A stretch of 64,000 nucleotides of DNA from Terriglobia bacterium (GTDB lineage Bacteria; Acidobacteriota; Terriglobia; JAIQFV01), in assembly GCA_020072965.1 (NCBI GenBank), contig JAIQFY010000011.1, forward strand, positions 14,925 through 78,924, in the 5' to 3' direction. How positions within the stretch are numbered: the stretch's first letter is position 1; every line of letters begins with the position of its first letter. Below, piece by piece: positions 50,373 through 58,909 of this stretch. The translations under genes were made by a program, and so were the position numbers. The notes below the pieces were generated by a model. That model did no database searches. It saw only the letters and a program-made list of their open reading frames with translations, and had not been told where the DNA came from.

Positions 50373-51161
50373 ATGGACTCATCAAATAGAAGACGTTTTG
50401 TTAAGAACGTGGGTGGAATCGCGATCGGTGCAGTCGCTGGGTCCGGGGTTACCCGGCTCCTTTCTTCGGACGAAGCGCCACTTGCGATTCCGGCTTTGCC
50501 TTGGCCTTATGTGGATTTGGATCCGATTGCAGTAGCCGAGAGAGCGTACCTGGGTTATTCCAACGGTGGGTGCATGTACGGGGCATTCGAGGGAATTATC
50601 GGGGAGTTACGTACCAAGCTGGGAGCACCATTCGATACCTTTCCTACCACCATGATGAAATACGGTGGCGGGGGGGTCGCCGGTTGGGGCAGTCTCTGTG
50701 GAGCGTTGAATGGCGTCGCGGCAGCCATTTATCTTTTGAAGGATTCAAAAACCGGAAATGATCTGATCAGTGAAATCTTTAACTGGTACGGAGTAGAAAA
50801 GCTCCCAAATTACCGACCAAAAACCCCGAAGTTTGAAATTGCAACCACTATTTCGGAGTCCCAGTTGTGTCATGTGTCTGTCACCAAGTGGGCTAATCAC
50901 ACGGGTTTCAAAACGGGCTCTCCCGAGCGCGCTGAAAGATGTGCGTGGCTCACTGCTTCTGTCGCCAAGTACACCACAGAATTGCTGAACAAGCAGCTCG
51001 CCGGGACTTACCAGCGGGCGCACCAAACCCCCGCGAAGGTTACTCTGTGTTTGCAGTGCCATGGACCCAGCGGCACGGTAGCCAATGTCCATATTACCGG
51101 GGGTCAAAGTAACTGCACCTCGTGTCATCATCGACACTGGGCTGGAGGAGTCGAGTTCTGA
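50373..51161 (+). CDS. Split-Soret cytochrome c-like protein (C_GCAxxG_C_C family), Tat signal
   Basis: NRRRFVK; GGCMYG, GSLCGAL, LCHVSV, ERCAWL; C-terminal CLQCH and CTSCH. Confidence 0.85.
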   Translation: MDSSNRRRFVKNVGGIAIGAVAGSGVTRLLSSDEAPLAIPALPWPYVDLDPIAVAERAYLGYSNGGCMYGAFEGIIGELRTKLGAPFDTFPTTMMKYGGGGVAGWGSLCGALNGVAAAIYLLKDSKTGNDLISEIFNWYGVEKLPNYRPKTPKFEIATTISESQLCHVSVTKWANHTGFKTGSPERAERCAWLTASVAKYTTELLNKQLAGTYQRAHQTPAKVTLCLQCHGPSGTVANVHITGGQSNCTSCHHRHWAGGVEF

Positions 51162-51287
51162 TTCTTCACATGGGTCAGGAAGGATTAAAGAAGGGCGAAG
51201 GATCCCGAACACACTCATAGCAGTAGGGCGGATCCCCTACCTTCTCCCCGATCCTGGCCCGAAACCTCCGGCTTGATCTTCAGGGAT

Positions 51288-51346
51288 GGGCCGCGTTCGA
51301 ATTTGATGGAAGTTACATTCTATCGATTCGATCCGGCCCCTTTTTT
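51288..51346 (+). terminator. Long hairpin with U-tract (copy 2 of 3)
   Basis: GGGCCG...CGGCCC followed by CT6. Confidence 0.65.
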
Positions 51347-51420
51347 CTCTTCGAATGGTTCTGAATATCGCGCCATGTCAATTGAGGGGTCGCCAACGTA
51401 GTGCCTCTGTTGAATCCGTC

Positions 51421-51786
51421 GATTGCCACATGGCTCCGTATGGACTGACCAACAACGGCCAGGGAACGGTGCGGAAGCGCTTCCATGATTTCAAGGTGGC
51501 CCAGAATCTTCCCTATTCGTGCGGGGTGGATGGGTCTGTGAATGGATTTGTTTGCCACGCGGGATTCAACACAGAATCGGCTCTCGCCTTCCTTCCCTAC
51601 ATGAAGGAGCAGCACAGCGACTGGTGACCGGTAAACTCAAGCACCGGCAAGAGGGCCGCGAGCACAGCCGTGGGTGCGCTGCAGACTCCAGAAGATTACA
51701 TGGCACTCTGGAAGCGAATCCAAGATCGAGGCGGACAACTCCCGCTTAAGCACAAGCAAGTTGACCGGAAAGCGATTCATCTCTAG
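51421..51786 (+). pseudogene. 3' fragment of a paralog of the 49235-50194 cytochrome
   Basis: DCHMAPYGLTNNGQGTVRKRFHDFKV...EQHSDW*PVNS...TPEDYMALWK; no N-terminus or signal peptide; TGA at 51625 where the intact gene has TGG. Confidence 0.85.
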
Positions 51787-51830
51787 CAATCATACATAAT
51801 CTACGCACGACATTGGATTTAACCACTTTA

Positions 51831-51886
51831 GGGCCGCATCGGGATGGTAGGCAGGCAAACTGCCGACATCCCCTTGCGGCCCTTTT
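51831..51886 (+). terminator. Long hairpin with U-tract (copy 3 of 3)
   Basis: GGGCCGCA...TGCGGCCC followed by T4. Confidence 0.65.
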
Positions 51887-51908
51887 ACATTCAGTCTTAC
51901 CCTCAATC

Positions 51909-51946
51909 TGCAACGCGCCGCATGTAACAAATCCGTTGCATGCAAC
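51909..51946. promoter_or_regulatory. Candidate upstream activator sequence
   Basis: TGCAAC-N8-TGTAAC-N6-GTTGCA-TGCAAC. Confidence 0.6.
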
Positions 51947-52031
51947 CGATCATTAAAACTCTAAGAGTACCCAAAATGGGACGAATTGTCCTGATCTTAT
52001 ACAGTCAATGGGACTTAAATTCCAGGTGGAC

Positions 52032-52068
52032 AAATGAATCTTTTCACATGAATGGCAGGGGAAGTGCC
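52032..52068 (+). promoter_or_regulatory. Partial Rex/CRP-like box plus sigma54 promoter
   Basis: AAATGAA-TCTT-TTCACAT (52032-52049); ATGGCAGGGGAAGTGCC (52052-52068). Confidence 0.58.
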
Positions 52069-52279
52069 CTATCCGATTATGGAGAAAGATGCTTAGAAAG
52101 GATTCATGAGGGTGCGACTTTGGTACAAATGGACAGTTCGCGGTTTAGGTGCATTGTCAGCCAGGTTTCTATTCCGAACATGACAGGGAAAAGGACATTC
52201 ACGCTTCACGCGCATTGATCTCTGGCATTTGTCCCAGGGCATGATTGAATTCTCTATGAAATCAAACGGAAAGACACGG

Positions 52280-53887
52280 ATGTCCAACGAAAGTTCGTGG
52301 ATTGAAGGAACAACAACTCAAGCTCCCCAGAAACTCAGTCCTACTGCCGAAAGAGGCGAGGAAAAAGCCGGGCCCGCAAATGGAGGATTTCTTGATGCTT
52401 CCATCCGTTTTCTGAGCACCGTTCGCCTGGGACTCTACCTGTTGATTATCCTCGTTGTCATCTCGTTTATTGGAACGATCATCCCCCAAAAACCGAACAC
52501 CTCTCCTGAAAACCTGCAAAGAATGTTTGCCCCCGCCAACCTCGTGCTGCTGGACCGGATTGGCATCCTCGATATTTTTCACGCCTGGTGGTTCAAGGCG
52601 TTACTGACGCTGCTCGGCCTGAACATCGTCTTCGCATCACTGGACCGCTTCTCACACGCATGGAGATACATCAGGCGCCCGGCGCGATGGCTCACCGAAA
52701 CGGTAATTCGAGCCCAGCACCAGCATGCCGAAATCCACTTCCAGACTTCCCTCGAGGAAACCGAGCGAGCGGTCAAAGGGCGGTTGAGGAAGTGCCTGGG
52801 GCATCCTGAGGAGACCGAAAGGGAGGGACGGAAGGTCATCTTTGCGCAACGGCATGTTTATTCGCGCCTGGCCGCCTATGCAATTCATCTCAGCCTCCTG
52901 GTCATCTTCGCCGGGGGATTGATCGGATTGGAATTGGGCTACAAGGCGCGGGTATCTTTGAGGGAAGGAGAATCCACTTCAAAGGTCATCCTTTTCGATA
53001 CCACGCGGAGTGTCGTGGAGGCCGCAGGGGAACCGAGGTTCCTTGAGAAGGAAATTCCCTTCACGCTTCAACTGGACAAGGCCGAAGTCGTTTTTAACAA
53101 CCCCAAAGACTCCAGCCTTCTCCACCGCGATGACATCCAGAGTCCCGGTGTGGTGAAGAACTGGTACTGCACGATGTCTGTTTGGGAAAATGGGGTCAAG
53201 CAAAGCACCCAGGTGGTGGCGGTGAACCAACCGCTTTCGCACCGGGGATTCCGGTTCTTTCAAAGTGGTTTTGATTTCGGGAACGGACTGAAGGAATTTA
53301 CATTTCAGGTTCGTTTGAAGGGGGCGGGCGGACAATCCTCTGAAGCCGTTTACAAGGTTCGAAAGGGGGACTCCTTCGAGATCAAAGACGCCCACCTGGT
53401 CGCCACGCCGGTGCGGTCGGGAATCATGCCGCAAGCCGATCTGCCCTTTGTATTTCTCAGCCTCCAAAGCAGCGATGGGAAGCCCCCTCTCCAGCTGCCG
53501 GTCTTCGACGAGCCCACGACCCAAAAAATGCGCCAGGGGGCGAACGATGCATCGCCGCTTCCTAAACCTCCTGATGGGATGGAGATTTTTCTGATCGACG
53601 CCACCCCGGAGTTCTCGACGACCCTTCAGGTCTCGCGTGATCCCGGAGTTAACACGGTGTGGGCGGGATGCATTCTCCTGATGTTGGGATTGATGGTGGC
53701 CTTTTACTTTTCGCATCAACGGGTGTGGGCCCTGTTGATTCCCGTTGAGGACGGCACGACGGTCGTCCTTGGCGGTGATTCCAGCAAGAACCGATCTGCT
53801 TTCGCAAGAAAATTTCAGCATCTTGTCGACTTGATGGGGCCACAGGAAGAAGCCTCCCCCGTGAGGCAGGATTTCAAGGAGAAGTAA
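52280..53887 (+). CDS. resB: Cytochrome c biogenesis protein ResB/Ccs1 (System II)
   Basis: IGTIIPQ, IFHAWWF, IHLSLLVI, VNQPL..FFQSGF, RDPG..VWAG, SHQRVW. Confidence 0.88.
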   Translation: MSNESSWIEGTTTQAPQKLSPTAERGEEKAGPANGGFLDASIRFLSTVRLGLYLLIILVVISFIGTIIPQKPNTSPENLQRMFAPANLVLLDRIGILDIFHAWWFKALLTLLGLNIVFASLDRFSHAWRYIRRPARWLTETVIRAQHQHAEIHFQTSLEETERAVKGRLRKCLGHPEETEREGRKVIFAQRHVYSRLAAYAIHLSLLVIFAGGLIGLELGYKARVSLREGESTSKVILFDTTRSVVEAAGEPRFLEKEIPFTLQLDKAEVVFNNPKDSSLLHRDDIQSPGVVKNWYCTMSVWENGVKQSTQVVAVNQPLSHRGFRFFQSGFDFGNGLKEFTFQVRLKGAGGQSSEAVYKVRKGDSFEIKDAHLVATPVRSGIMPQADLPFVFLSLQSSDGKPPLQLPVFDEPTTQKMRQGANDASPLPKPPDGMEIFLIDATPEFSTTLQVSRDPGVNTVWAGCILLMLGLMVAFYFSHQRVWALLIPVEDGTTVVLGGDSSKNRSAFARKFQHLVDLMGPQEEASPVRQDFKEK

Positions 53888-53890
53888 ATC

Positions 53891-55375
53891 ATGAGTCGTG
53901 TTCATACCGGACCATTGACCGAAGGTGACGGGGCAGCACAGAAGAAGATACTTTGGCCGATGCTCTCCAGTGTTCTTGGGATGGTGCTGCTGGCGTTATT
54001 TGTGATCCCGAACATTCTCAAGAGCGGGGCCGGATTGATGAGTCCGGGAGCCCTGCTCAGTCTGGCCATCATTTTTTACGTCGGCTCCTCGGCCTTGCTG
54101 ATCAGCTATCTGCTGCGGCGCGTGGAGCGTCTCCTCCAGGTGGCCAAAGGGTTGATACTGGTGGGCTTCATCTTTCACACCGGTGCCATCGTCGCCCACT
54201 GGATGGTCGCAGGACGTCCGCCCATTTCAAACATCTTTGAAATGCTGATCAGTTTTGCCTGGGCCCTCATTGCCCTGGATTATGTTTTCCAGCGAATCTA
54301 TAAGCTCAAGATCCTCAGTTCGTTCAGTGTCCCCATCGCCACCCTGGCAGTATTGCTTTCGACTATCCTGCCTGCGGACCCGGAGCGAACACTGCCCCCG
54401 GCACTCCAAAGTGTGTGGCTATACATCCATGTCACCTTTGCGATTTTCAGTTATGTCGCCTGTGCCATTGCGTTTGTGGCTTCAATCCTCTACCTCGTCA
54501 AAGACCGCGTGAAGCTCGAGACTTTCGGAATGATCACACAGGCCCTCACGGTCACGACCATCGCGGGGATTGACTGGCTGGGAAATGCGGACACGGCCCA
54601 CCGGCACTTCAACATCCTGCTGCGGGGTGAGTTCTTCCTCAGCCTCCTCTACAAAGGACGTGAGATTGCCATTCCAGGGATGGAAAAGACTTACCTGGTC
54701 GCGGGACTGCCCTTTGCCGGCAACGCCTTGCGGGTCTCCCTTCTGGTAGCCGTCATCGGACTGGTCCTGTACCTGGCAAAAGCCTCTTCGAAAACTCTGC
54801 TCCGGGTGACCCAGTTGGGATTTCTCGCACAGCTGGCATCAGTGGCCGTCATTCTGGCCGCGACACTCAGTAACTCGACGCAGCAGATGATCGACAGGAT
54901 TCCCGGACAAGTTCTGGGCCAGTTTGACGCGGCGGCCCTGGCGAAGGCGGCCACGGTCAGCATCAAATCCATTCCATTCATCTTTGCGGGACTCCTCGTG
55001 GCGCTGGTCACCACACTGTTATTTCTTATCTTGCACTCCCGGCATGAGGCCATTGTATCTTCGCTCCCCGATGGCAAGCTGCTGGACGAGGTCAATTACA
55101 AGGTCGTCACCATCGCGTTTCCATTACTCACCTTGATGATTGCCACGGGAGCCTTCTGGGCCAATCGCACCTGGGGTTCTTACTGGAACTGGGACCCCAA
55201 GGAAGTGGGGGCTCTGATTACCTGGCTGGTTTATGCAGCCTACCTGCATATGCGCATCGTTCGCGGCTGGGCCGGCCGGCGAGCCGCCTATTTCGCTATC
55301 ATCGGTTTTGTGTTTGTCCTCTTTACGTTCATTGGGATTAGTTATCTGCTCCCGGGCCTCCATGCGTACGCTTGA
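53891..55375 (+). CDS. ccsA: Cytochrome c assembly protein CcsA/ResC (System II)
   Basis: [25 protein letters not shown] domain [25 protein letters not shown]. Confidence 0.92.
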   Translation: MSRVHTGPLTEGDGAAQKKILWPMLSSVLGMVLLALFVIPNILKSGAGLMSPGALLSLAIIFYVGSSALLISYLLRRVERLLQVAKGLILVGFIFHTGAIVAHWMVAGRPPISNIFEMLISFAWALIALDYVFQRIYKLKILSSFSVPIATLAVLLSTILPADPERTLPPALQSVWLYIHVTFAIFSYVACAIAFVASILYLVKDRVKLETFGMITQALTVTTIAGIDWLGNADTAHRHFNILLRGEFFLSLLYKGREIAIPGMEKTYLVAGLPFAGNALRVSLLVAVIGLVLYLAKASSKTLLRVTQLGFLAQLASVAVILAATLSNSTQQMIDRIPGQVLGQFDAAALAKAATVSIKSIPFIFAGLLVALVTTLLFLILHSRHEAIVSSLPDGKLLDEVNYKVVTIAFPLLTLMIATGAFWANRTWGSYWNWDPKEVGALITWLVYAAYLHMRIVRGWAGRRAAYFAIIGFVFVLFTFIGISYLLPGLHAYA

Positions 55376-55489
55376 TCGAGACATCGCACGGTGGAATTCA
55401 CCCCGGGCCTGAGAGCGCATCAAGCTTCATCCTCTTGCAGGATGAGGGTCGTCCGGTTCTTCAAATTACTCATCAAGGAGATGTCCGGC

Positions 55490-55594
55490 ATGAAACTCAT
55501 GAAAATGCTGATCTTCATCTTCGCCACCGTAATGCTTTCAATCACCCTGCTGTATGACAAGGCGATACACAAAGAAAGAGGGGAAGCCTTCTAG
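55490..55594 (+). CDS. Putative 34-aa single-TM small protein
   Basis: AAGGAG RBS; MKLMKMLIFIFATVMLSITLLYDKAIHKERGEAF. Confidence 0.4.
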   Translation: MKLMKMLIFIFATVMLSITLLYDKAIHKERGEAF

Positions 55595-55632
55595 CCACTG
55601 CCATCTGAAATACAACAAGACATTGAATGACG

Positions 55633-55649
55633 TGGGCACGTGTTATGCA
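55633..55649 (+). promoter_or_regulatory. Possible sigma54 promoter
   Basis: TGGGCACGTGTTATGCA (GG-N10-GC) upstream of the CDF gene. Confidence 0.45.
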
Positions 55650-55830
55650 AAGAATCACAATCTCTCCGACTGCAAGGCGCCGGAGGCAAAGTAGGCGAAG
55701 GGCATTGGACTGTCGGGCTGCATTGGAAGGCAAGGGCTTGAACGCGATTCGCGCTGGATGGAGCCCGGCGCAACGTGTTCGGGCGGAAATGTTTTTGGGG
55801 AAGGAAATGATCTCCCTGGAGTGAGACAGG

Positions 55831-56718
55831 ATGGACGGGACCAGAGAAAAAAAAGTCGTTGCTCTGACCTCTCTGGTGGCTGCCGTTTTGCTCACCCTGT
55901 TCAAAGCCATCGTGGGAGTGGCGACTGGAAGCCTCGGAATTTTGTCTGAAGCGGCGCACTCCGGACTCGATTCTGCCGCAGCGCTGATGACCTATTTCGC
56001 GGTTTCGATTTCAGCCAAACCTGCCGACGACTCCCACCACTATGGACATGGAAAATTCGAAAGTTTCTCAGCGCTCTTTGAAGTGGTCCTGCTGCTGCTC
56101 ACCTGCTGCTGGATTATCTACAGGGCCGCCTATCGCCTGGCCGGCCACCGCGTGGAGGTGGAAGTCAATGTCTGGAGTTTCGCGGTGATGGGCATTGCCA
56201 TCGTGGTGGACATCACTCGCTCGCAGGCCCTGATGCGGGTGGCCCGGCGTTACGGAAGTCAAGCCCTGGAAGCCGATGCGTTACATTTTCAAAGTGATAT
56301 CTACAGCTCGCTCGTCGTCATCTTCGGACTCATTTTCACCAAGGCGGGCTTCCCGGTCGGCGATCCATTGGCCGCCCTGGGTGTTTCTATCCTCGTCATG
56401 ATCGCCTCTGTCAGGTTGGCGATGCGATCCAGCCAGGTGTTGTTGGATCGTGCCCCCTCGGGGGTCGAGGATCATATTCGCAAGATTCTCACTTCGTTGC
56501 CCCGGGTCCTGGAAGTTCGAAAAATACGGGTGCGCGATGCGGGAACGCAGATGTTTGTCGACGTCACGATTGCGGTCGATGGCCATATGTCACTGGACGA
56601 ATCACACGCGGTGGCAGATGAATCAGAACGCCAGATCGCCGCGGTGATCTCCAATGTGGATGTGACGATCCACGTCGAGCCGGCGACTCAGGCCTTGTTT
56701 CTGAATGAACGACCTTGA
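55831..56718 (+). CDS. Cation diffusion facilitator (FieF-like)
   Basis: SEAAHSGLD, PADDSHHYGHGK, ADALHFQSD, IHVEP. Confidence 0.9.
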   Translation: MDGTREKKVVALTSLVAAVLLTLFKAIVGVATGSLGILSEAAHSGLDSAAALMTYFAVSISAKPADDSHHYGHGKFESFSALFEVVLLLLTCCWIIYRAAYRLAGHRVEVEVNVWSFAVMGIAIVVDITRSQALMRVARRYGSQALEADALHFQSDIYSSLVVIFGLIFTKAGFPVGDPLAALGVSILVMIASVRLAMRSSQVLLDRAPSGVEDHIRKILTSLPRVLEVRKIRVRDAGTQMFVDVTIAVDGHMSLDESHAVADESERQIAAVISNVDVTIHVEPATQALFLNERP

Positions 56719-56815
56719 AATGGTATGGCTGAAGGAGGCTTTCACCCGGTGGCCACTCTTCCGGGTTTATCCCCGCTCAGGAAATCCGGCTACTCTTAGC
56801 CCATTGGATCTGACC

Positions 56816-58840
56816 ATGAAAATTCGTCCCTTACAATTACCGGGTCTGCGATCTGTCCGGTTCATCTTTCCTTTGTTTCTCTTTCTCTTAATGATCTCCT
56901 GTTCCGCGGCCTGGGGAGCAGTCAAGAGCTCTGAATGTCTGAGCTGCCACGCCATGGAGGGGTTCCAGTCTCCCGGTGGAATGAATCTGTATGTCGACCA
57001 AAAGCGATTTGAGAAGAGCGTCCACTCCTTCTTGAATTGCACGGATTGCCACTCTGACGTTTCAAAGACACCGCATGCTTCCCAATTGGCCAAAGTGAAC
57101 TGCGGTACCTGCCACGAGGAACAACAGAAAAAATTCGCGTTGTCGATTCATGCGGGAAAAGTGATTCACAATCCTTCCGACGGGGGAAACGGAAAGAAGG
57201 CGTTCACGTGCGCGGACTGCCATAGCCCTCATACGATTCTGCCGAAGAGCGATCCGGCCGCTGCCACCCATCACACCAACGTGCCCGCCCTTTGCGGCAC
57301 CTGCCATCAGAACCTGCAGTTTGTTATTGAATCGCCCATGGCAGAAACCTCCAAGCCTTTTTTCGCCTACCGGGAAAGCGTCCATGGAAAATCAGTGGCG
57401 GCGGGATCGGAGCGGGCCGCGGTCTGTTCCGACTGCCATAACGCTCACGACATCTTGCCGCCCAACAACCCGAAATCCACGATCTTCAAAACCAACACTC
57501 CCGAAACATGCAGAAGGTGCCACGAAAACATTTACGCCGAGTACAGCGATTCCGTGCATGGAAAAGCGGTGAAGCGGGGGCTTTTCAACGCCCCGGTCTG
57601 CGTGGACTGCCACGGAATCCATTCCATTAAGTCACACATTGATCCGAGGTCGAACGTGGCGGCCCAGGTCATTTCGCGATCCACATGTGGGCAGTGCCAT
57701 TCAGGAGAGAAACTCTCTGCCGAGTACGGCGTCCCCGAGAATCGAGTCTCCTCTTATTTTGCAAGCTATCACGGCCTGGAGAGCCGGGTGGGATCGGTTG
57801 AAACGGCCAATTGCGCCAGTTGTCACGGGGTGCATCACATCCTTCCGTCGGGCGACCCACGGTCCACGGTGAACAAAGCCAACCTCGCACAAACCTGCGG
57901 GCAGTGCCATCCCGGGGCCAGCGAAAATTTTGCCAAGGGTCGCATCCATCTGCTGAAAGGACAAGGGGATGCTATCGGCGGACGGATCATAACGGCTGTC
58001 ACCCAGTTTTACGTTTGGCTGATATTCCTGGTGGTGGGGGGAATGATTATTCACAACGCGATTGATTACTTCGCCCGGGCCCGCCTGCGATTGCGTGAGG
58101 ATTTGCTGCATGGGAAGGCCACCATCGAGCGAATTCACTTGAGCGGCCGTATCCAACACGGAATTATGTTGTCGAGCTTCATCCTGCTGGTCATAACCGG
58201 ATTTGCGCTGAAGTTTCCCGACGCTCAGTGGGTGCATGCCCTGTTCCTCGGAAATGCCGCTGTCCGCGGCGTGGTCCACCGCATCGCCGCTGTAATTTTC
58301 ATCGGCCTCGCCTTCTTCCATCTCTATTTCATCCTCTTCACGAAAAAGGGCCGGCAGGAATTGAAGGCCTGGCTTCCCCGGCTTCAGGATGTCCGGGACA
58401 TGCCCCTGATGATCAGCTATAACCTGGGACTTACAAATGAACACCCCCGATTCGATCGCTTCGGCTATGTGGAGAAGATGGAGTATTGGGCGCTGGTGTG
58501 GGGCACCCTCATCATGGTGGCCACCGGACTGGCGCTGTGGGCGAAAACCTTCGTCCTGTTTTACATCCCAAAATGGGGTCTGGATGTCTTTGAAGTGATT
58601 CACTACTACGAGGCCTGGCTTGCCACGCTTGCCATCATCGTTTGGCATCTCTATATGGTCCTGATGCGACCGGGTTCGTACTCGTCGAGCTGGATGTGGC
58701 TGACCGGAAAGATTACCCGCGAAGAAATGATTGAGGAGCATCCCCTGGAATGGGAACGGATGGAACGCGAATCAAGGTCAGCCGAGAATGCCGAAAAAGA
58801 GGAGGCACAAGAGATCCCTCAACCTGCCCGTTCGACATAA
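56816..58840 (+). CDS. CbcL-like fusion: 11-heme cytochrome c domain plus FdnI-type cytochrome b
   Basis: 11 CxxCH motifs; RIQH..ITG, VHRIAA, EKMEYWALVWG, IHYYEAWLA, VWHLY, EEHPLE. Confidence 0.88.
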   Translation: MKIRPLQLPGLRSVRFIFPLFLFLLMISCSAAWGAVKSSECLSCHAMEGFQSPGGMNLYVDQKRFEKSVHSFLNCTDCHSDVSKTPHASQLAKVNCGTCHEEQQKKFALSIHAGKVIHNPSDGGNGKKAFTCADCHSPHTILPKSDPAAATHHTNVPALCGTCHQNLQFVIESPMAETSKPFFAYRESVHGKSVAAGSERAAVCSDCHNAHDILPPNNPKSTIFKTNTPETCRRCHENIYAEYSDSVHGKAVKRGLFNAPVCVDCHGIHSIKSHIDPRSNVAAQVISRSTCGQCHSGEKLSAEYGVPENRVSSYFASYHGLESRVGSVETANCASCHGVHHILPSGDPRSTVNKANLAQTCGQCHPGASENFAKGRIHLLKGQGDAIGGRIITAVTQFYVWLIFLVVGGMIIHNAIDYFARARLRLREDLLHGKATIERIHLSGRIQHGIMLSSFILLVITGFALKFPDAQWVHALFLGNAAVRGVVHRIAAVIFIGLAFFHLYFILFTKKGRQELKAWLPRLQDVRDMPLMISYNLGLTNEHPRFDRFGYVEKMEYWALVWGTLIMVATGLALWAKTFVLFYIPKWGLDVFEVIHYYEAWLATLAIIVWHLYMVLMRPGSYSSSWMWLTGKITREEMIEEHPLEWERMERESRSAENAEKEEAQEIPQPARST

Positions 58841-58909
58841 CCCCGACGGATGGGGGCGGCGGGCCTCTGTGTTTTTTCGGCCCGGAGCTACGAGCCTTCA
58901 AGAAAAACT

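Noticed and set aside
51625-51627. TGA recoding (Trp or Sec) in the cytochrome fragment
   Set aside because: TGA is the normal stop of many intact genes here, and the fragment also lacks its N-terminus
50239-51886. Hairpins as integron attC sites
   Set aside because: They lack RYYYAAC/GTTRRRY ends, there is no integrase, and they end in U-tracts
57701-58741. Long antisense ORFs (also 52979-53905, 40321-41166 and others)
   Set aside because: Shadows of well-supported + strand genes in GC-rich DNA, with no motifs
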